A stretch of 64,000 bases of DNA from Chara braunii (lineage: Eukaryota > Plantae > Charophyceae). How positions within the stretch are numbered: position 1 is the stretch's first letter; the number at the start of each line of letters is the position of its first letter. Shown here one piece after another: positions 12,395 to 25,134 of the stretch. The notes under the pieces were generated by a model. It was not told the origin of the DNA. It saw nothing but the letters and a program-made list of their open reading frames with translations, and made no database searches. The position numbers and the translations under genes are program-made. Location: assembly GCA_003427395.1 (NCBI GenBank), contig BFEA01000017.1, positions 5,270,347-5,334,346 of the forward strand, given 5' to 3'.

Positions 12395-15300
12395 CCCTTG
12401 ACTTCCATGGAAATATGATTACACGGAAAGGGGCAGTTCAGCTTTGGGATACGCTCCGCGACTCAGGCACTCTAAAGCACGTGGACTTCCGCTTCAATGC
12501 AGATGGGAGTGCTCTTGGTGTGTTTGACGAAGGTCGTCATCTCACGTCATTCCCCTGTCCTCGGTGGCCCTTCTGGGTCAATGTGGTGCGAAAGACGGAA
12601 AACACGGCTGGCGTAAGCTCACAGCAAGCCAGCAGTGCAGCAACTAATCATGATGAGCAGCCCCCATTATTGAATGCAAGGAGTGGTGCACAGTCTTCCT
12701 CCTCATCGTCATCATTACCATCATCATCAGCATCATCATCATCAAGGATTGAAAACCGGACGAGGACAGCGAAAAGGACACTTTCTACCACTAGCACCAG
12801 AGAAGGAAACATAACTGGTCGTGGAAGCGTAAGGACGAGAAGCTCACCATCACGTCACGCACATTCTTCCCCGCCAACTCCAGCGGCTTCGAAAGGATGG
12901 CAAGGGAGAGATATCCAAAGCCCATTCGGAATCACTGCAGCAGCCATCCAAACGTCATTGAGGGGTGACCTCATGTCAAGGACTCCTGGTCACGGATCCA
13001 ATCATGGGCAACGACATGTTGTCTTCAAATTTGCATCGTCGTCGCCCAAGTCCAAAACATCGCAAGAGCCACGCCAGCACAATGTTGGAGATGGTCGTCA
13101 GACTCCCTTCCACTCTACTTTCTCCAAAGCAGGGTCCCGCCCCAGGGTTAGATTTGCAAATCGCCAGAAGAGTACAGATATAGTGGCTCCAACCTACCAC
13201 AGCCATGTTAGCAAAAGGCAGCAAGAGAGACAAGTGTCACACTTGTTGGACGGAGAGGAAGAAGAAGAGCAAGAAAACTCCTTGTCAATGCGCAATTGCC
13301 AGACCATCAAGAGGTCATCAAGGAGTACCACGGTCTTGGGAGGAAGAGAAGGAGCAGTGCTGAGTGGGTCTCTTGGAAACGATGTGAGTGGGAGCAGAGA
13401 AAGGAGGCTCCCTGAGAATTACGAAAGCAACATGCACGAATGGAAAGCAAGAGGGGCAATGGCTGGTGACCCTCCCCCGCTTTCGCTGAGCAAGGAGGCA
13501 CTGATGCAAAGAACCATCCTGCAGACCCGGAGGCCAATCCTGAAGGAGAAGGAGCCTTATGGCAGTGAACTTTTCAGAAATTCATCAAGTGGAGACTTGG
13601 ACACGCTTCCTTACAGACCAGATTCTGCAGCCGGGGATTGGGGTGGTAAGAAAACTGCAAATGACTTGTCAGGAACCAGATTAATAGGAAACCGGCCAGG
13701 CCGGGGATTGGGGCTGGGGTTGAATGCCTTTCCACAATCGGAAAATTTCCCCGATTCCGCAGCCACAAGAAAGCGGAGAAAGTCTGGAGAGAAAGGGCAT
13801 GGCGAGATGGATGTTTTTCCCCTTGGTTTCAATGGGTATGAAGGGGGTCTTCATCGTCTGCATGATCTCATAGATGAGGATGATGTTGATGTCGATCACC
13901 TTGGAGTGGGTCTATGGGGAGGTGATTACCAACACCACACCCCCCCAAGCGCTGCAAGGTTATCTTCTGCACAGAGTCCGACTCCCTCCTCAGAGGGATT
14001 TACTGTATGGAGGAAAAAAAACCTGGGCAAAGTCAGGGGTCTTCGGACAGAGTCTCGTGGAGAGAGTGGAGATGCAGCTCAGATGGTGGACATGTGGTTG
14101 GCCAGCCTCAAAGAACTTGCTCACTCCAGGGGCCATCCTGTCCCATGTGGGCATCATCCTTACAATGATGCTTTTCTACATGGTAGCCACTTCAAAAAGC
14201 CTGGGCTGGGAATCAGATCGTCACTGTCATTGGCAAGGACTCACACCGTGACTGCAAGAGGCCCAAAATCAAGGGCAGCTGTCATATGGGGGATATACTC
14301 TGGTGGTATACCGCAGAGAGGGCGGAGGAGGAAGCAAAAAATGCACCCATTGCAGCAGTACTCTGGCTTGGGAAGAGGTCAGATACAATGCGGAGGACGT
14401 GCAGGAGTCAATCAGATCCAGTCTGCTAAAAGGGCCAGCAAACACAGGGCAATAGCTGGCTCTGTCCCTGGGCATGAGAAGGGAGAAGGTAGGAAGAATG
14501 TTGTGATTGTTCCAAGCGGTTCATTTCGTCATCCTGAGAAACCGGGGGTGATTGTAGCGACAGGAATGAATAATGATATGCAGAAGTGGAGGGGTGGTAC
14601 TGACAGCAAGAAAACAAAGACAAAGGCCATGGTGAGTAGTAGAGTGCCCCAAGCATGGGGAGATGGAGAACCCACCAATTTTGAGGAAGCAGAAGACCTC
14701 AATCTGGCAGAACAGCTCAGATGGGAAATGAATGAGCATGTGCCAGAACCGCCATATCTCAAAAGTGGCTGTGTTGTTGATAGTGCCAATGTGGTATTGC
14801 CCGCAAGCCATCACCCTCAAGGAGGAGGAGGGAAGAAGATGGTCAGGCAGCAATACACAAGGTCTTCAACAAGAAATAACAGGTTGAGAGCACCTTCAAA
14901 CGTTATTGGTAGAACCAGGGGTGACGATGCGGCTGCCAATAATAGTGAAAAGCCGATCATCCAAGTTCCGTATGGCAGAGAACACCGAGCAAAACAAAGT
15001 CATAACCATGAGCCTACCCTCATTAGGATGAATACTACGGTCGTGGACACAAGTGATTTGAGCACCGACGAGAGAACGTACTGGAGGAAAGTTGCGAGAA
15101 AGTTGTCCTTGAAATGGGGTCTAGGCAAAAAAGGACCCTTGCCAACAGGGAAGAAGACTCCAGGGACGAGGAAAAGCGCTGGCGGCATTTCCAAGTCCAT
15201 CAAGTCAAAGAAAGAAGGGAGCAATCTAGCAGTCAAGAGCTTGACCAGCTGCAATGATCGCTTGTTATCATCATCATCTGGCTCCAGGGCAACACTGCTG

Positions 15301-17661
15301 CTGAAGAACGGTGATGCAAAGAAGAAGTCACTTCTTTGTCATGATCATGATCATTCGCTTAAGGATAAAACACACAGCTATGACAAACGTACTCACAGTC
15401 CTGCATCATTGGACGATGGTGCAGGCGTTGAGGTTGCGCCTCAGATGGCAACAGCCACAGCGGAGGGTCCTCCCGTCGCTGAAGTGTCAGTAAGGTCTGC
15501 AGACTACAATGCAACAACTGGTAATCTGCCTCCCCTTCCTCCTCCTCCTCCTCATTGTAAGCAGAGCCGGGCAACAGTGGTAAAGTCATCCGAGTGTCAA
15601 CAAGAAGGACAAGGGTTGCAAGGACAGGCCGTCGCCAAACCTGATGGCCAACTTCTGAGTGTTGCAGAAAGACCAATCCAAGAGTGCATTGAGAAGAAAC
15701 AGATGTCACTTGTGGCTGATGAAAGTGCATTGGAATCAGTAGTACTTACGGAGAGAAAGCTCAATGCAGCTGCTGACCATGTCCATGGTCCACCTCAGGG
15801 TGTTGAAGGCTATGGCATCAGGAGATCTGCTCAAACGACCACAAAGACCATACAGGGTGCACAGCACTGGTTCACGAAAGGAACAGACGAGGAAGCCACT
15901 TTGATGAGCACAACTGGTGATGACAATGCTCTTCTATTTCAAGATATTGGAAACATGGCAGCAGGACGTGAGGCTTCTTGTAAGAGTGACAATGCTGAAC
16001 ATGCAGCCACCAAGCGTTATGTTATTGCTAGTCATCCGAAAAAGTCGACAGATGCCAATTGTGGCCTGTTTGTGTCAGTTCAAGACGAGGATGATCCGGA
16101 CGAGAACGATCACACAGGTCAGCAGTGCCCAGAGGAGATATCAGCAAACAGATCTCCACTGAAAACCATGGGTGTGGTCCATGAGAAGAATCCGTATTTA
16201 CAGCTGGAGGCATTTAGTCAACCAGCACACCACATGCAAGTCCTGTGCCGCTCAGTACGTCATGGTGCTAGTTCAAAAGTTGATTTGACTATTCTCAGTG
16301 AGCAGGATCCAAGGATGGAAGTTGTGCAACACTCAAGCAGGCATGGAAAGGGAGTGAGAGGAGGTTTTGATAAAAGGATACTAGAATCATGCAAGGAAAT
16401 AACGCCTGCAGAAGCAGCACAGACACGTAATGATGGCGATGATGAGGATGGTGACAATGGTAGTGATCACAGCGATGATGATGAAAGGAGGTATGGTTGT
16501 CAGTGTCGGTCAGAAATCCCAGTGGGACCTGCAGGACAGGAGTCACCCTGGCAGGAGTTAAAAGGTATGAGACGAAGGTCCTATACTCCTGAAAACGCTA
16601 GAAATCAGGAGGGACATCGACATGTCACCATAGCCCACCAAAGCGGATCAAGTACTCCTGAAAGACAAGAAAAAGAAAAGCACACTGTAGGATTGAGGAA
16701 CGCAGGCAATGATGCCCAAGGGACTCTTTCCAGCTCTACGGCAGGTTTCCGGCACCAGAGATTAGGCAAGGGCGTGCTAGATAGGATGGTGCTGGTAGAT
16801 TCAGACAGCCAATCCGGTAGCAATAAGATGCCCGTTTCTGAACAGGATCACGGCACACGCTTCTCAGCACTCTGTGGGGTTCCTGCCCCAGGCCGGACTT
16901 TGATGAACCAACACCTTGCTGGGACACATGAGGACAGTGGCAAAAAGGATGATGTGATTAATAAAATCAGAGATGCTGAAGATGATACAGTAGAGGAGAC
17001 TTATGGGAGTGAGGACTTTGAGGTTATTGGATCACAAGATGAATGCTCAGGTGAGTCGATGGCAGACGTCTATGGTGCAGAAACCATGCCATTTAGGACA
17101 TCAAAAGTTAGCGTCGCTGCCCTCAGCACCAATGTTGAGCAATTCACTGCTTCTGACAACACCAAAAAACAACTTGATCACTCGCCACTGCATAGAGTCC
17201 GCCGTGCCCTGCAGGATTGCAAAGGAGACCCTCGCATTGCTCCCCGTAGAGTTGAACGCAATGAATCCGACAGTCCTGTTGACACCTCCGATGGCTATGT
17301 CCAGTCATCGGCATCAGTGAGAGCACAGGCGGAAAGGGTTGGTGCTCGCCGGATTGTTCGAGGTAGGATGTTGGGAGATGATAGTGGGGAGATGACTTTC
17401 ATGGGCAGGGACGAGACAAATCGAGTCTCACAGACAAGCGGGCGAGAGGGAAGATGGGCACAAATTAACAGTGCAAATGACTTGCTCAAGAGACAGAAAC
17501 AACAAGAGCAGCAGCAGCAACAGCGAGCGCAGTCATGGGGAGTTGTTGGTGGGGACACTTACCGTGGAGCTCAGTCATTGACACACATCTTGCCTGACAA
17601 AGGTCTGTCCATGTTCCCTCACAACTCTCAGAAATATTGCTTGCAAATGAAGAAGGTGTGA
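12395..17661 (+). CDS. Very large exon of an RNI-like leucine-rich-repeat protein with a long low-complexity tail
   Basis: 1805-codon open frame (12244-17661). Branch-point-like CTAAC at 12365 and acceptor TTGCCAG at 12388-12394 precede LRR-type motifs LDFHGNMITRKGAVQLWDTLRDSGTLKHVDFRFN. The rest is S/G/R/E-rich. The exon ends either at TGA 17661 or at a possible donor AAG|GTGTGA at 17655/17656. Upstream exons not identified. Confidence 0.8.
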
Positions 17662-18076
17662 ACGGAAATCTTTCTTGTCGTCTTCTGACCTTGGCATAGT
17701 GTATTGTCTCCTGGTCAAACAACACCCGCTTCCCCCAGTTGAGCCAAAAGAGACCCAATACTAGAAAGTCCAGAAGTAAATGTATGGGAGTGCATAATCT
17801 CCCTCTGAATAACTTTGACCTGATCCCCTACATGCATTAAAGCAGATGGGCGACGGGGCTGGGTTTTGTGGATCTCACACATCAAAAGAAGTTAAAGAAC
17901 ATTGAACTGCTTCTCTCTGCCTTGTGACCGTGCTCACACAGCTACGCACAGTGGATCAGCCCGGCAACAGCTAATGTGGATGCTGTAATCACGCTGGAAG
18001 CCCAGCCAGCCATCGCAAACGACATAAATGTTGTTGCAGTGGCTGGAGGGGATGATAGCCTGCACCCTACCTTACA

Positions 18077-18263
18077 ATGAATCGATTAATTCGTCATGGT
18101 AGAGAATCAAAACGCCGTACGCAACGTACTCGAGCTTTAAATCAATGTCCTCAAAAGCAGGGAGTATGCCTTCGTGTTTCTACAAGAGCACCAAAAAAAC
18201 ACAACTCAGTTTTACGCAAAATAGCTAAAGTGAGATTAACCAATCGAAATGAGGTTATTGCAT
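18077..18263 (+). pseudogene. rps12: Mitochondrial ribosomal protein S12 5' fragment (NUMT)
   Basis: [61 protein letters not shown] matches plant mitochondrial Rps12. It is truncated before the IPGEGHNLQEHS motif, and PKKPNSALRK is mutated. Confidence 0.92.
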
Positions 18264-18282
18264 AGGCAAAGTGCATATTCCC

Positions 18283-18411
18283 GGAACTCCACAAGCTCTT
18301 ACGAGCCTGTGCTTCGGACCTCTATTATGTAAGGTTGTTCTTCACGAACTAGACAAATTCGTCTCTTCGACCCTCAACAAAGCCAAATTCGACACTGAAA
18401 CTCCCCGTTGA
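18283..18411 (+). pseudogene. Group II intron maturase/RT fragment (NUMT)
   Basis: Translates as GTPQALTSLCFGPLLCKVVLHELDKFVSSTLNKAKFD, matching the maturase motif GxPQG...SPLLxNxxLHELDKFV. Confidence 0.7.
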
Positions 18412-19130
18412 AGACTCAGTGGCGAGGTGATCGTAAGAGCTTCCTCTTTCCAAATGACAAAAATCGGCAATCGGCAAACCCTACAACAAGTTCCAAATAA
18501 CAGGAACTACCCAATAATAAATAAGGGGAAAAAAAAAAACAACAACAAAGAAATTACAGTTAAATAGAACAATTTTCAATCTTGTCCATTGGACCCTTTG
18601 TGTTTTGTAACTAGGAATAACAAAACACCAAATTTGATAACTGAAAAAGGGAAAACAAAAAAAAGGGCGAAATTCACATATATGTTTTCAGTAGAGCCTC
18701 TTGAGAACTCACGAGTTGTTGTAATTCCGAAACAACAGATTCGCTTCTTGCTTCAAAAGTAGCCTTGAAAGTTTCGCCAAAATTTTTTTGAATAAATAAA
18801 ACAAAACCCACAAAACTAAAAGCTACTAGGCCAGCTCGGGAGATAAAAGTCGGAACGAATGAGGATAACGAACTCGATTATATAGTGGTTGAACGACATG
18901 ATTCTCTAAGTCAACGAGTAATGGCTTGGACTCTTAGGAATGGTTCTGGTGGTGCATATAACATCAGAGTGATACAAGCAATCCCTAACACACCATTGCG
19001 GCAGCTGCCAGAAGTGTGCCCCAAAAAACTGAATCGCAACTGCAGCCCAACCCTACAGGAAAAGGATCTCGATAGTCGAGTTGAGCCCAAGGCTAATCAT
19101 TTACCGCCCACTGCCAGTGCTGATTCTTCC

Positions 19131-19216
19131 TCTGCCCGGTGTTGGAAGGTGAAAAGGAGAAGTGACATAAGCTTCGAATGGAAGCCTCAGTAAACGGTGG
19201 CAGTAACTCTAACTGT
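19131..19216 (+). rRNA. rrn26: Mitochondrial large-subunit rRNA fragment, helix 68-69 region (NUMT, non-functional)
   Basis: CTGCCCGGTGTTGGAAGGT...GAAGCCTCAGTAAACGGTGGCAGTAACTCTAACTGT matches LSU rRNA, with the plant-mitochondrial form GGCAGTAACTCTAACTGT. Confidence 0.85.
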
Positions 19217-19267
19217 CAACTTTAGGGCAGTTATAAAATATTTCCCTACCACCACCAGCCCCTTCAC

Positions 19268-19335
19268 CTACATCTTCTACTACATCCTCATCATCTACTA
19301 CATCCTCATCATCTACTACATCCTCATCATCTACT
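19268..19335. repeat. 18-bp tandem repeat
   Basis: Unit TACTACATCCTCATCATC, three full copies plus partial copies. Confidence 0.9.
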
Positions 19336-20116
19336 GCCTCCCCCCCTTCTTTCTTCTCCTCCCCTTTCACCTCTTCGTCATCCCGATCAACACATTTATG
19401 GTCAGACTAGCCGTCACAGATGCCTCTTTGGCAGAGACGTTCCCCATCCTTAGACAACAGCCTCGTCCGTACATGAACATCGTGATCATCGGCCCCAACA
19501 GGAGTCAGGGATCTACTTCGCCGCTATGCTGGCAACCAGGGTTGTCGATCCCCGGCTCCAGAACCCCAGCGGGTGTAGGGGGGTCCGGGGGTGGGCACCC
19601 CCAACCTCGGCTCCAGACACCCAACCCCCCCCCCCCCCCAAAAAAAAAAAACAAAAAAAAAAAAAAAAAAAAAAAAGTGGGGGGTGCGCAGCGGGAGCCT
19701 GCACCCCGTGGCCTTACCCTGTAAAACCCCATTTTTACCCCACCTCGGACCACCCCCAGGGCCACACCCAGCGTCGGTGAGACCGGGGTGGCCCTAGGTG
19801 CGGGGCCGACAGCGCGGCCGACAGGGGGCGGGGCTGTGGGTCCGCGAGCGAGGGCGGCGGCAGGGGTGCGGGGNNNNNNNNNNNNNNNNNNNNNNNNNNN
19901 NNNNNNNNNNNNNNNNNNNNNNNNNNNNNNNNNNNNNNNNNNNNNNNNNNNNNNNNNNNNNNNNNNNNNNNNNNNNNNNNNNNNNNNNNNNNNNNNNNNN
20001 NNNNNNNNNNNNNNNNNNNNNNNNNNNNNNNNNNNNNNNNNNNNNNNNNNNNNNNNNNNNNNNNNNNNNNNNNNNNNNNNNNNNNNNNNNNNNNGGGGGC
20101 GGGGTTCGAGGGGCGG

Positions 20117-20587
20117 TGTGACGAGCGCGAGGCTGAGGGAGAGCCGAGGGAGAGGAGAGAGAGAGGGAGAGAGTGAGAGCACACACACACACCCACTCAC
20201 TCGACACGACTGAGGGTTGGATGCAGACATGGTGGCAAGGGCACAAAGTCGAAGTCTTGGATTCCGAATGCCGAAACAGCAAGTCACACTGAGTACGAGT
20301 ACAGCAGCAGAAAACTGGTACCGGAATGGTCCCCGTACTGTACGGGGAGCCGGTATAAGTATGGTGACACGTACGGTACCAGGGGCATTTCTGCAAAAGC
20401 CCCGAGGGCAGAACTGAAAAATGCGGTATTTGAAAGTAGCGCCCGAATTGCAGCATGGCGCCAGTTGTCCAAAATCTGACGGTACCAAAGGAGGGGTCTG
20501 GGAAAAAGGGTGCCAGGCCGAAAACGGGATGCAGCAGAAACAGCAAAAAGATAGACCAGGGATCGAGCCCTGGCGGAGTCCGTAACA
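20117..20587 (-). repeat. 3' LTR of the minus-strand element (471 bp)
   Basis: On the minus strand it starts TGTTACG just after the polypurine tract AGAGGGAGGGGA (20602-20591) and ends CGTCACA, giving TG...CA with a short terminal inverted repeat. Confidence 0.8.
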
Positions 20588-20785
20588 CTATCCCCTCCCT
20601 CTGAAAGGCAACGTCCCGGCTGCCAAAAAGCCAATGAAACAAAAGGAGCTGCGAAGGACGGGACGGGGCTGATCACTGGTTGGATATGGAGAAGGGGAGT
20701 GATGCAAGTCACAGGGTATTCTGTCTGGTGTTCTGCACAGGTGAAGGTATGATGTAACTGGGTGGGTCTATAGGGGAAGCTAAGC

Positions 20786-20985
20786 AATGTTCAGGGAACA
20801 GGGGATTTCTATTGATGTTCTACTGGGTAGGGGAAACGATGTTCAGGAAAACAGGGAATTTCTATTGATGTTCTAGTGGGTAAGGGAAACAATGGTCAGG
20901 GGAACAGGGAATTTCTATTGATGTTCTAGTGGGTAAGGGAAACAATGGTCAGGGAAACAGGGATCTGCTAATGATGTTCTACAGG
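20786..20985. repeat. ~52-bp tandem repeat (~4 copies) in the 3' non-coding region of the element
   Basis: Unit similar to AATGGTCAGGGGAACAGGGAATTTCTATTGATGTTCTAGTGGGTAAGGGAAAC. Confidence 0.9.
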
Positions 20986-21679
20986 GTTGTCAAAGTCAGG
21001 AAAAAAAATAAAATAAAAAATGAAAATGTTTGTTCAGGAGGCAAGGGCTGGTGTGTCCGAAGGAGTCGGAAACAGAATCTTGTGTAGGAACAAAGTGTCC
21101 AAGTGTCTTGAAAGGGGTTCTGCAGCGGTCTTGATCAGGTCTTGGAGTAGGTGGTAGGAGCGGTCTTCAGCGGCTGCGACAGGTAGAAGTCCAAGAAGCG
21201 TAACAGTAGTTCAAATGTCCAAAGTCCAAGTGCTAGGGTGCATCCGGTACACGAACTGCAATGAGGTCTGATCTGGAAGCAAGGAAGTCGCAGACTGATG
21301 CAAAGATCCATGCTGCTCCAGTAAGTCCGCGAGTTGGGATGCCTGCCGATGAAACAGCATGGTGGCCAAACCAGCTGCATAATCTCCATGAACAGTGAGG
21401 CAGCAGGCCATCGTCCTCGTGCGCTTGCCATTAGATCCTTTATCGTCGGCGTCACGCAGGTTCATAAGCATTGGACGAGAGAGACAAGGTAGTGGAGAGG
21501 ACAGATGGGACAAGGCTAGGCGAGGGCAAGGGCAGATCAGACATCAGAAATCGGGGTCGAGGGGAGGGTGGACTGGGTTCAAGGGTGTGTGTGGAACGGG
21601 GTTGCGAGGTTGTAGCAAGGTTTTATACAGGGGTTTAGGGTTGTAGTTACGCGGGTGTTTAGGAGATAGGAGTAGCACG

Positions 21680-21842
21680 ATCATAGGCGCTGACAAGTTT
21701 CATGGCATTCTTGAGATTCGAGAAAGGTTCCCATGTAGATTCTTCGTCGGGGTATCCGGTCCATTTGACTTTTTATTCAGTGATTGGTTCCGGGTGATAC
21801 CTGAGTAGTTCGTCGACCTATGATCGCTTCAACAAGGAATTC
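21680..21842 (-). pseudogene. Integrase C-terminal chromodomain (frameshifted)
   Basis: EFLVEAIIGRR followed, after a frameshift, by KVKWTGYPDEESTWEPFSNLKNAMKLVSAYD. Confidence 0.9.
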
Positions 21843-24800
21843 AGGGCATGTGGGTAACATGATAGGTGGAGGTCTAGGATATGGGCGGTCAGCGAATTGG
21901 GGTGGGGATTCATGACATTCTTTCAAGTATTCGACGTGGAAGACCGGGTGGACGCGGCTCATGTGGGTGGGGAGTTGGAGTTTGTAGTTGACGTCGGAGG
22001 TTTTTTCAATGATGGGGAAGGCTCCGAGCCATTTGTTCGAGAGTTACTTTGACAATCCATGTTCGAGCTCAAAGTGTTTGGCGGAGAGCCAGACTTTGTC
22101 CCCTACTTTGAAATGCAAGTCTCGTCTGTGTTTGTTAATCTTGTTTGCTTGTTGTTCTTGTGTTCTTTCGAGGGCGTCGGTTGCTTCCCTGAGGAGTCGA
22201 TTCATTGTTGCTACCCATTCATTGAGGGAAGGGCAGGGTGTGGAGGGGTTGAGTTGCGAGGGAAGCAGGAAATCGGAGAGCGAGCGCGGATGGTAGCCAA
22301 GGTCAAGGTAGAATGGAGACATGCCAGTGGAAGGACAGGTACTGTTGTTGTAGGTGATCTCGACGGCGGTGAGCAACTGATCCCAATCGTGTTGACGTGG
22401 ATGACAGTACTTTTGTAGGATTCTTTGGAGAGTATCGTTCATCTTCTCGGTTTGTCCATCGGTCTGTGCTTGGAATGCAGTGCTACACTTGAGTCTAGTT
22501 CCGTAGGCATTGAAGAGCTGTTTCCAGAACCGTGAGAGGAAACAGGGATCGCGGTCGCTGATGATATTCTCGGGGAGGGCGTGTTGGCGTGGAACATGGT
22601 TGAAGAAGAGTAAGGCGATGTCTTTGGCGGTGTGCGAGGTGGTGCAAGGGATGAAGTGGGCGCGTTCGGTCAGGCAGCAGACAATGACGTAGATGCAATC
22701 ATGCCCACGGTCGGTCTTAGGGAGGCCGCACACAAAGTCCATGGAAATGGACTGCCACCGGTGAGTGGGGATGGGCAATGATTGGAGCTTGCCGGTTTTG
22801 GCCTGGTTCGAGGGATTGACAGCCTGACACGTGGGACATGAGCAAATGTATGTTTTGGCATCGGCGAGTAGAGACGACCAATAGAAGTAGCGGGAGATGG
22901 TGTCGAAGGTTTTCTGGAAACCGAGGTGACCTGTGGTCTTGGCGTTGTGGTGCTCGGCCAAGAGTTGGGTACGGAGACCACGTGTGTCAGGGATCCACAG
23001 TCAGCGAGTGCCTTTGGTGTCGATGTAGAGGAGGTTGTCGTGTAGGGAGTAGTCGGGGACTGGATCAAGATCGCAGAGCTTGTTCTAAATGGCGGCGAAG
23101 TCTGGGCAAGAAAGGTAGCCTTGGGTGTATCGGTGATGGAGTGATGGGAGGGGTTGGATATGGGTCATGGCGGCGTAGGCTTTCTCGGGGGGCTTGTGGT
23201 CGGGTCGACGAGAGAGGGCATCAGCAACGCGGTTGCTTTTGTTGGGGGTATGGCAAATGGTGAATGTGAACTGGGCAAGGAAGTCGAACCATCGAGCTTG
23301 GCGTGGGGTGATGTCTTTCTTGGTGAGGATGGAAGAAACGATAGTGTTGTCAGTGCGGATGGTGAAGTATTGCCCGTCGAGGTACGGGCGCCAAACTGTT
23401 AGGGCGTGAATCACGACGAGGAGTTCCTTCTCGTTGGAGGGTTAATTCATCTCCGCGGGAAGGAGCTTCTTGCTTGCGAAGGCGATGGGGTATTCGCCAG
23501 GTGGAGCCTCGGGGTGAGTGGGCGAGTCCTTGATGGAGGGTGTCTCGGCGGTGTCGCGGGGGAAATGTTGGGACAGTACGGCTCCAATGGCGAAGTCGGA
23601 GGCATCAGTGGTGACATAGAAATGTCGAGTGGGGTCGACGATCTTGAGGACAGGGGCCGTGGTGATGGTTTGCTTGAGGAAGTCGAAAGCGTGTTGGCAG
23701 CTTGTTCCAATTGTCCTTGCGTGTGAGTTTGTGGAGAGGGCAAGAGATCTCGAAAAAGTTGCGAATGAACGGGCGGTAATCGTTGGCAAGGCCGAGGAAG
23801 GAACGGAGTTGGAGGAGGGTCTTGGGCGGGGGGTACTCGACGAGGGTTGTGACCTTAAATACGGATGCCTTCAGTGGAGACAATGTGCCCAAGGTATTCG
23901 ACGCTCGAAGCAGCAAACGTACATTTAGTGAGCTTGGTGTAAAATTTTTACTCTCGGAGGATCGAGAGGACTTGGCGATGTGCTGAAGGTGAGACTCGAA
24001 GGTGGGGCTAAAGATGAGGATGCCATCAAGGTACACGACACAGACTTCGAGGAGGTCATGAAAGATGTGGTTCATGGTGGACTGGAATGTGGCGGGGGCA
24101 TTGGTGAGTCCGAAAGGCATTACGAGGAACTCGTAGTGCCCGAACCGAGAGCAGAATGCGGCCTTGTGGGTATCCTCCTCGCGGATACGGATTTGGTGGA
24201 AGCCACTGCGGAGGTCGATCTTGATGAAATATTTGGCTCCATGGAGGCGATCAAGAAGTTCAGATATTCGGTGGAGTGGGTACTTGTTGTTGATCGTGAT
24301 CCAATTTAAGGCATGGTAGTCTGTGCACATGCGGAGTTCCGAGGTGTCGTTCTTCTTGATGAAGAGACAAGTGGTTCCGAAGGGGGAGGAGCTAGGCTTA
24401 ATGAATCCTTTTTCAAGGAGTGCATTGAGATGGCGCTTCATTTCTTCGGCCTCGGGGACGCGGAGTTGGTACGGAGGGCGGCAAGGAGGAGAATGGTCGG
24501 GCTCGAGATCAATGGTGTGGGATACACCTCGATCGGGAGGTAAACCGACGGGCAAGGACTCGGGGAAGACGCCCTTAAATTCAGAGAGGAGAGCGGTGAT
24601 GTGAGGATCGAAAGGGGGGTCTTGGTCGGGTTTGTCCATTGGAAGCAAGTCGTCGGGACGCTCGTGGTCGATAACAAGACAATAGTAAGCGGAGTCGGTG
24701 TGTTCACGAGATATGTGAAGGAACTGGTGAGGGGAGACAGGGGGTGGGGTAGAAGGGGGGAGAAGGTAAGGGATGTCAAGAGGAGAGTGAGGGGGGCGGG

Positions 24801-25134
24801 TGAGTCGGACGAAGGAGGGGTGGAAAGAGTAGGGCATGAAACGGTCAAGCCATAGAGTCCCCAAGACGATGTCGCACATGCGGTGCATGACATCGAAGGA
24901 GACCTGACTGCGAAGAGGACCGACAGTCATGAGGGTCTCGGGGACAGTGCGATCGACAACGATGGTCGAGTCCTTATCCCCTAGTCAGATGGTGATCGGG
25001 GAGTCGTAGCCGGTGGAAGAGAGGCCGACTTTGTGGACACGGGCTTCGGTGATGAAGTTGCCGGTGGCACCAATATCAAGGAGGGCCCGAAACTTCACCG
25101 TCGATGTGCCAAGGGAGACGAAGATAAACTTGAG

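Larger units (their letters stand above)
20117..25130 (-). mobile_element. 5'-truncated Ty3/gypsy chromovirus-type LTR retrotransposon (degraded)
   Basis: Order PR (ALLDIGATGNFI), RT (KIDLRSGFHQIRI, MPFGLTNAPATFQ, VYLDGILIF), RNase H (TDASDFAIGAVLSQ, TIRTDN), INT (HNAKTTGHLG...CPTC, SMDFV, ISDRDP, TDGQTEKMN), chromodomain, PPT, LTR. Gag and the 5' LTR are absent; several frameshifts. Confidence 0.95.

Noticed and set aside
19505-20642. Long ORFs spanning N runs (also 56804-57863)
   Set aside because: Artefacts of translating assembly gaps and homopolymers.
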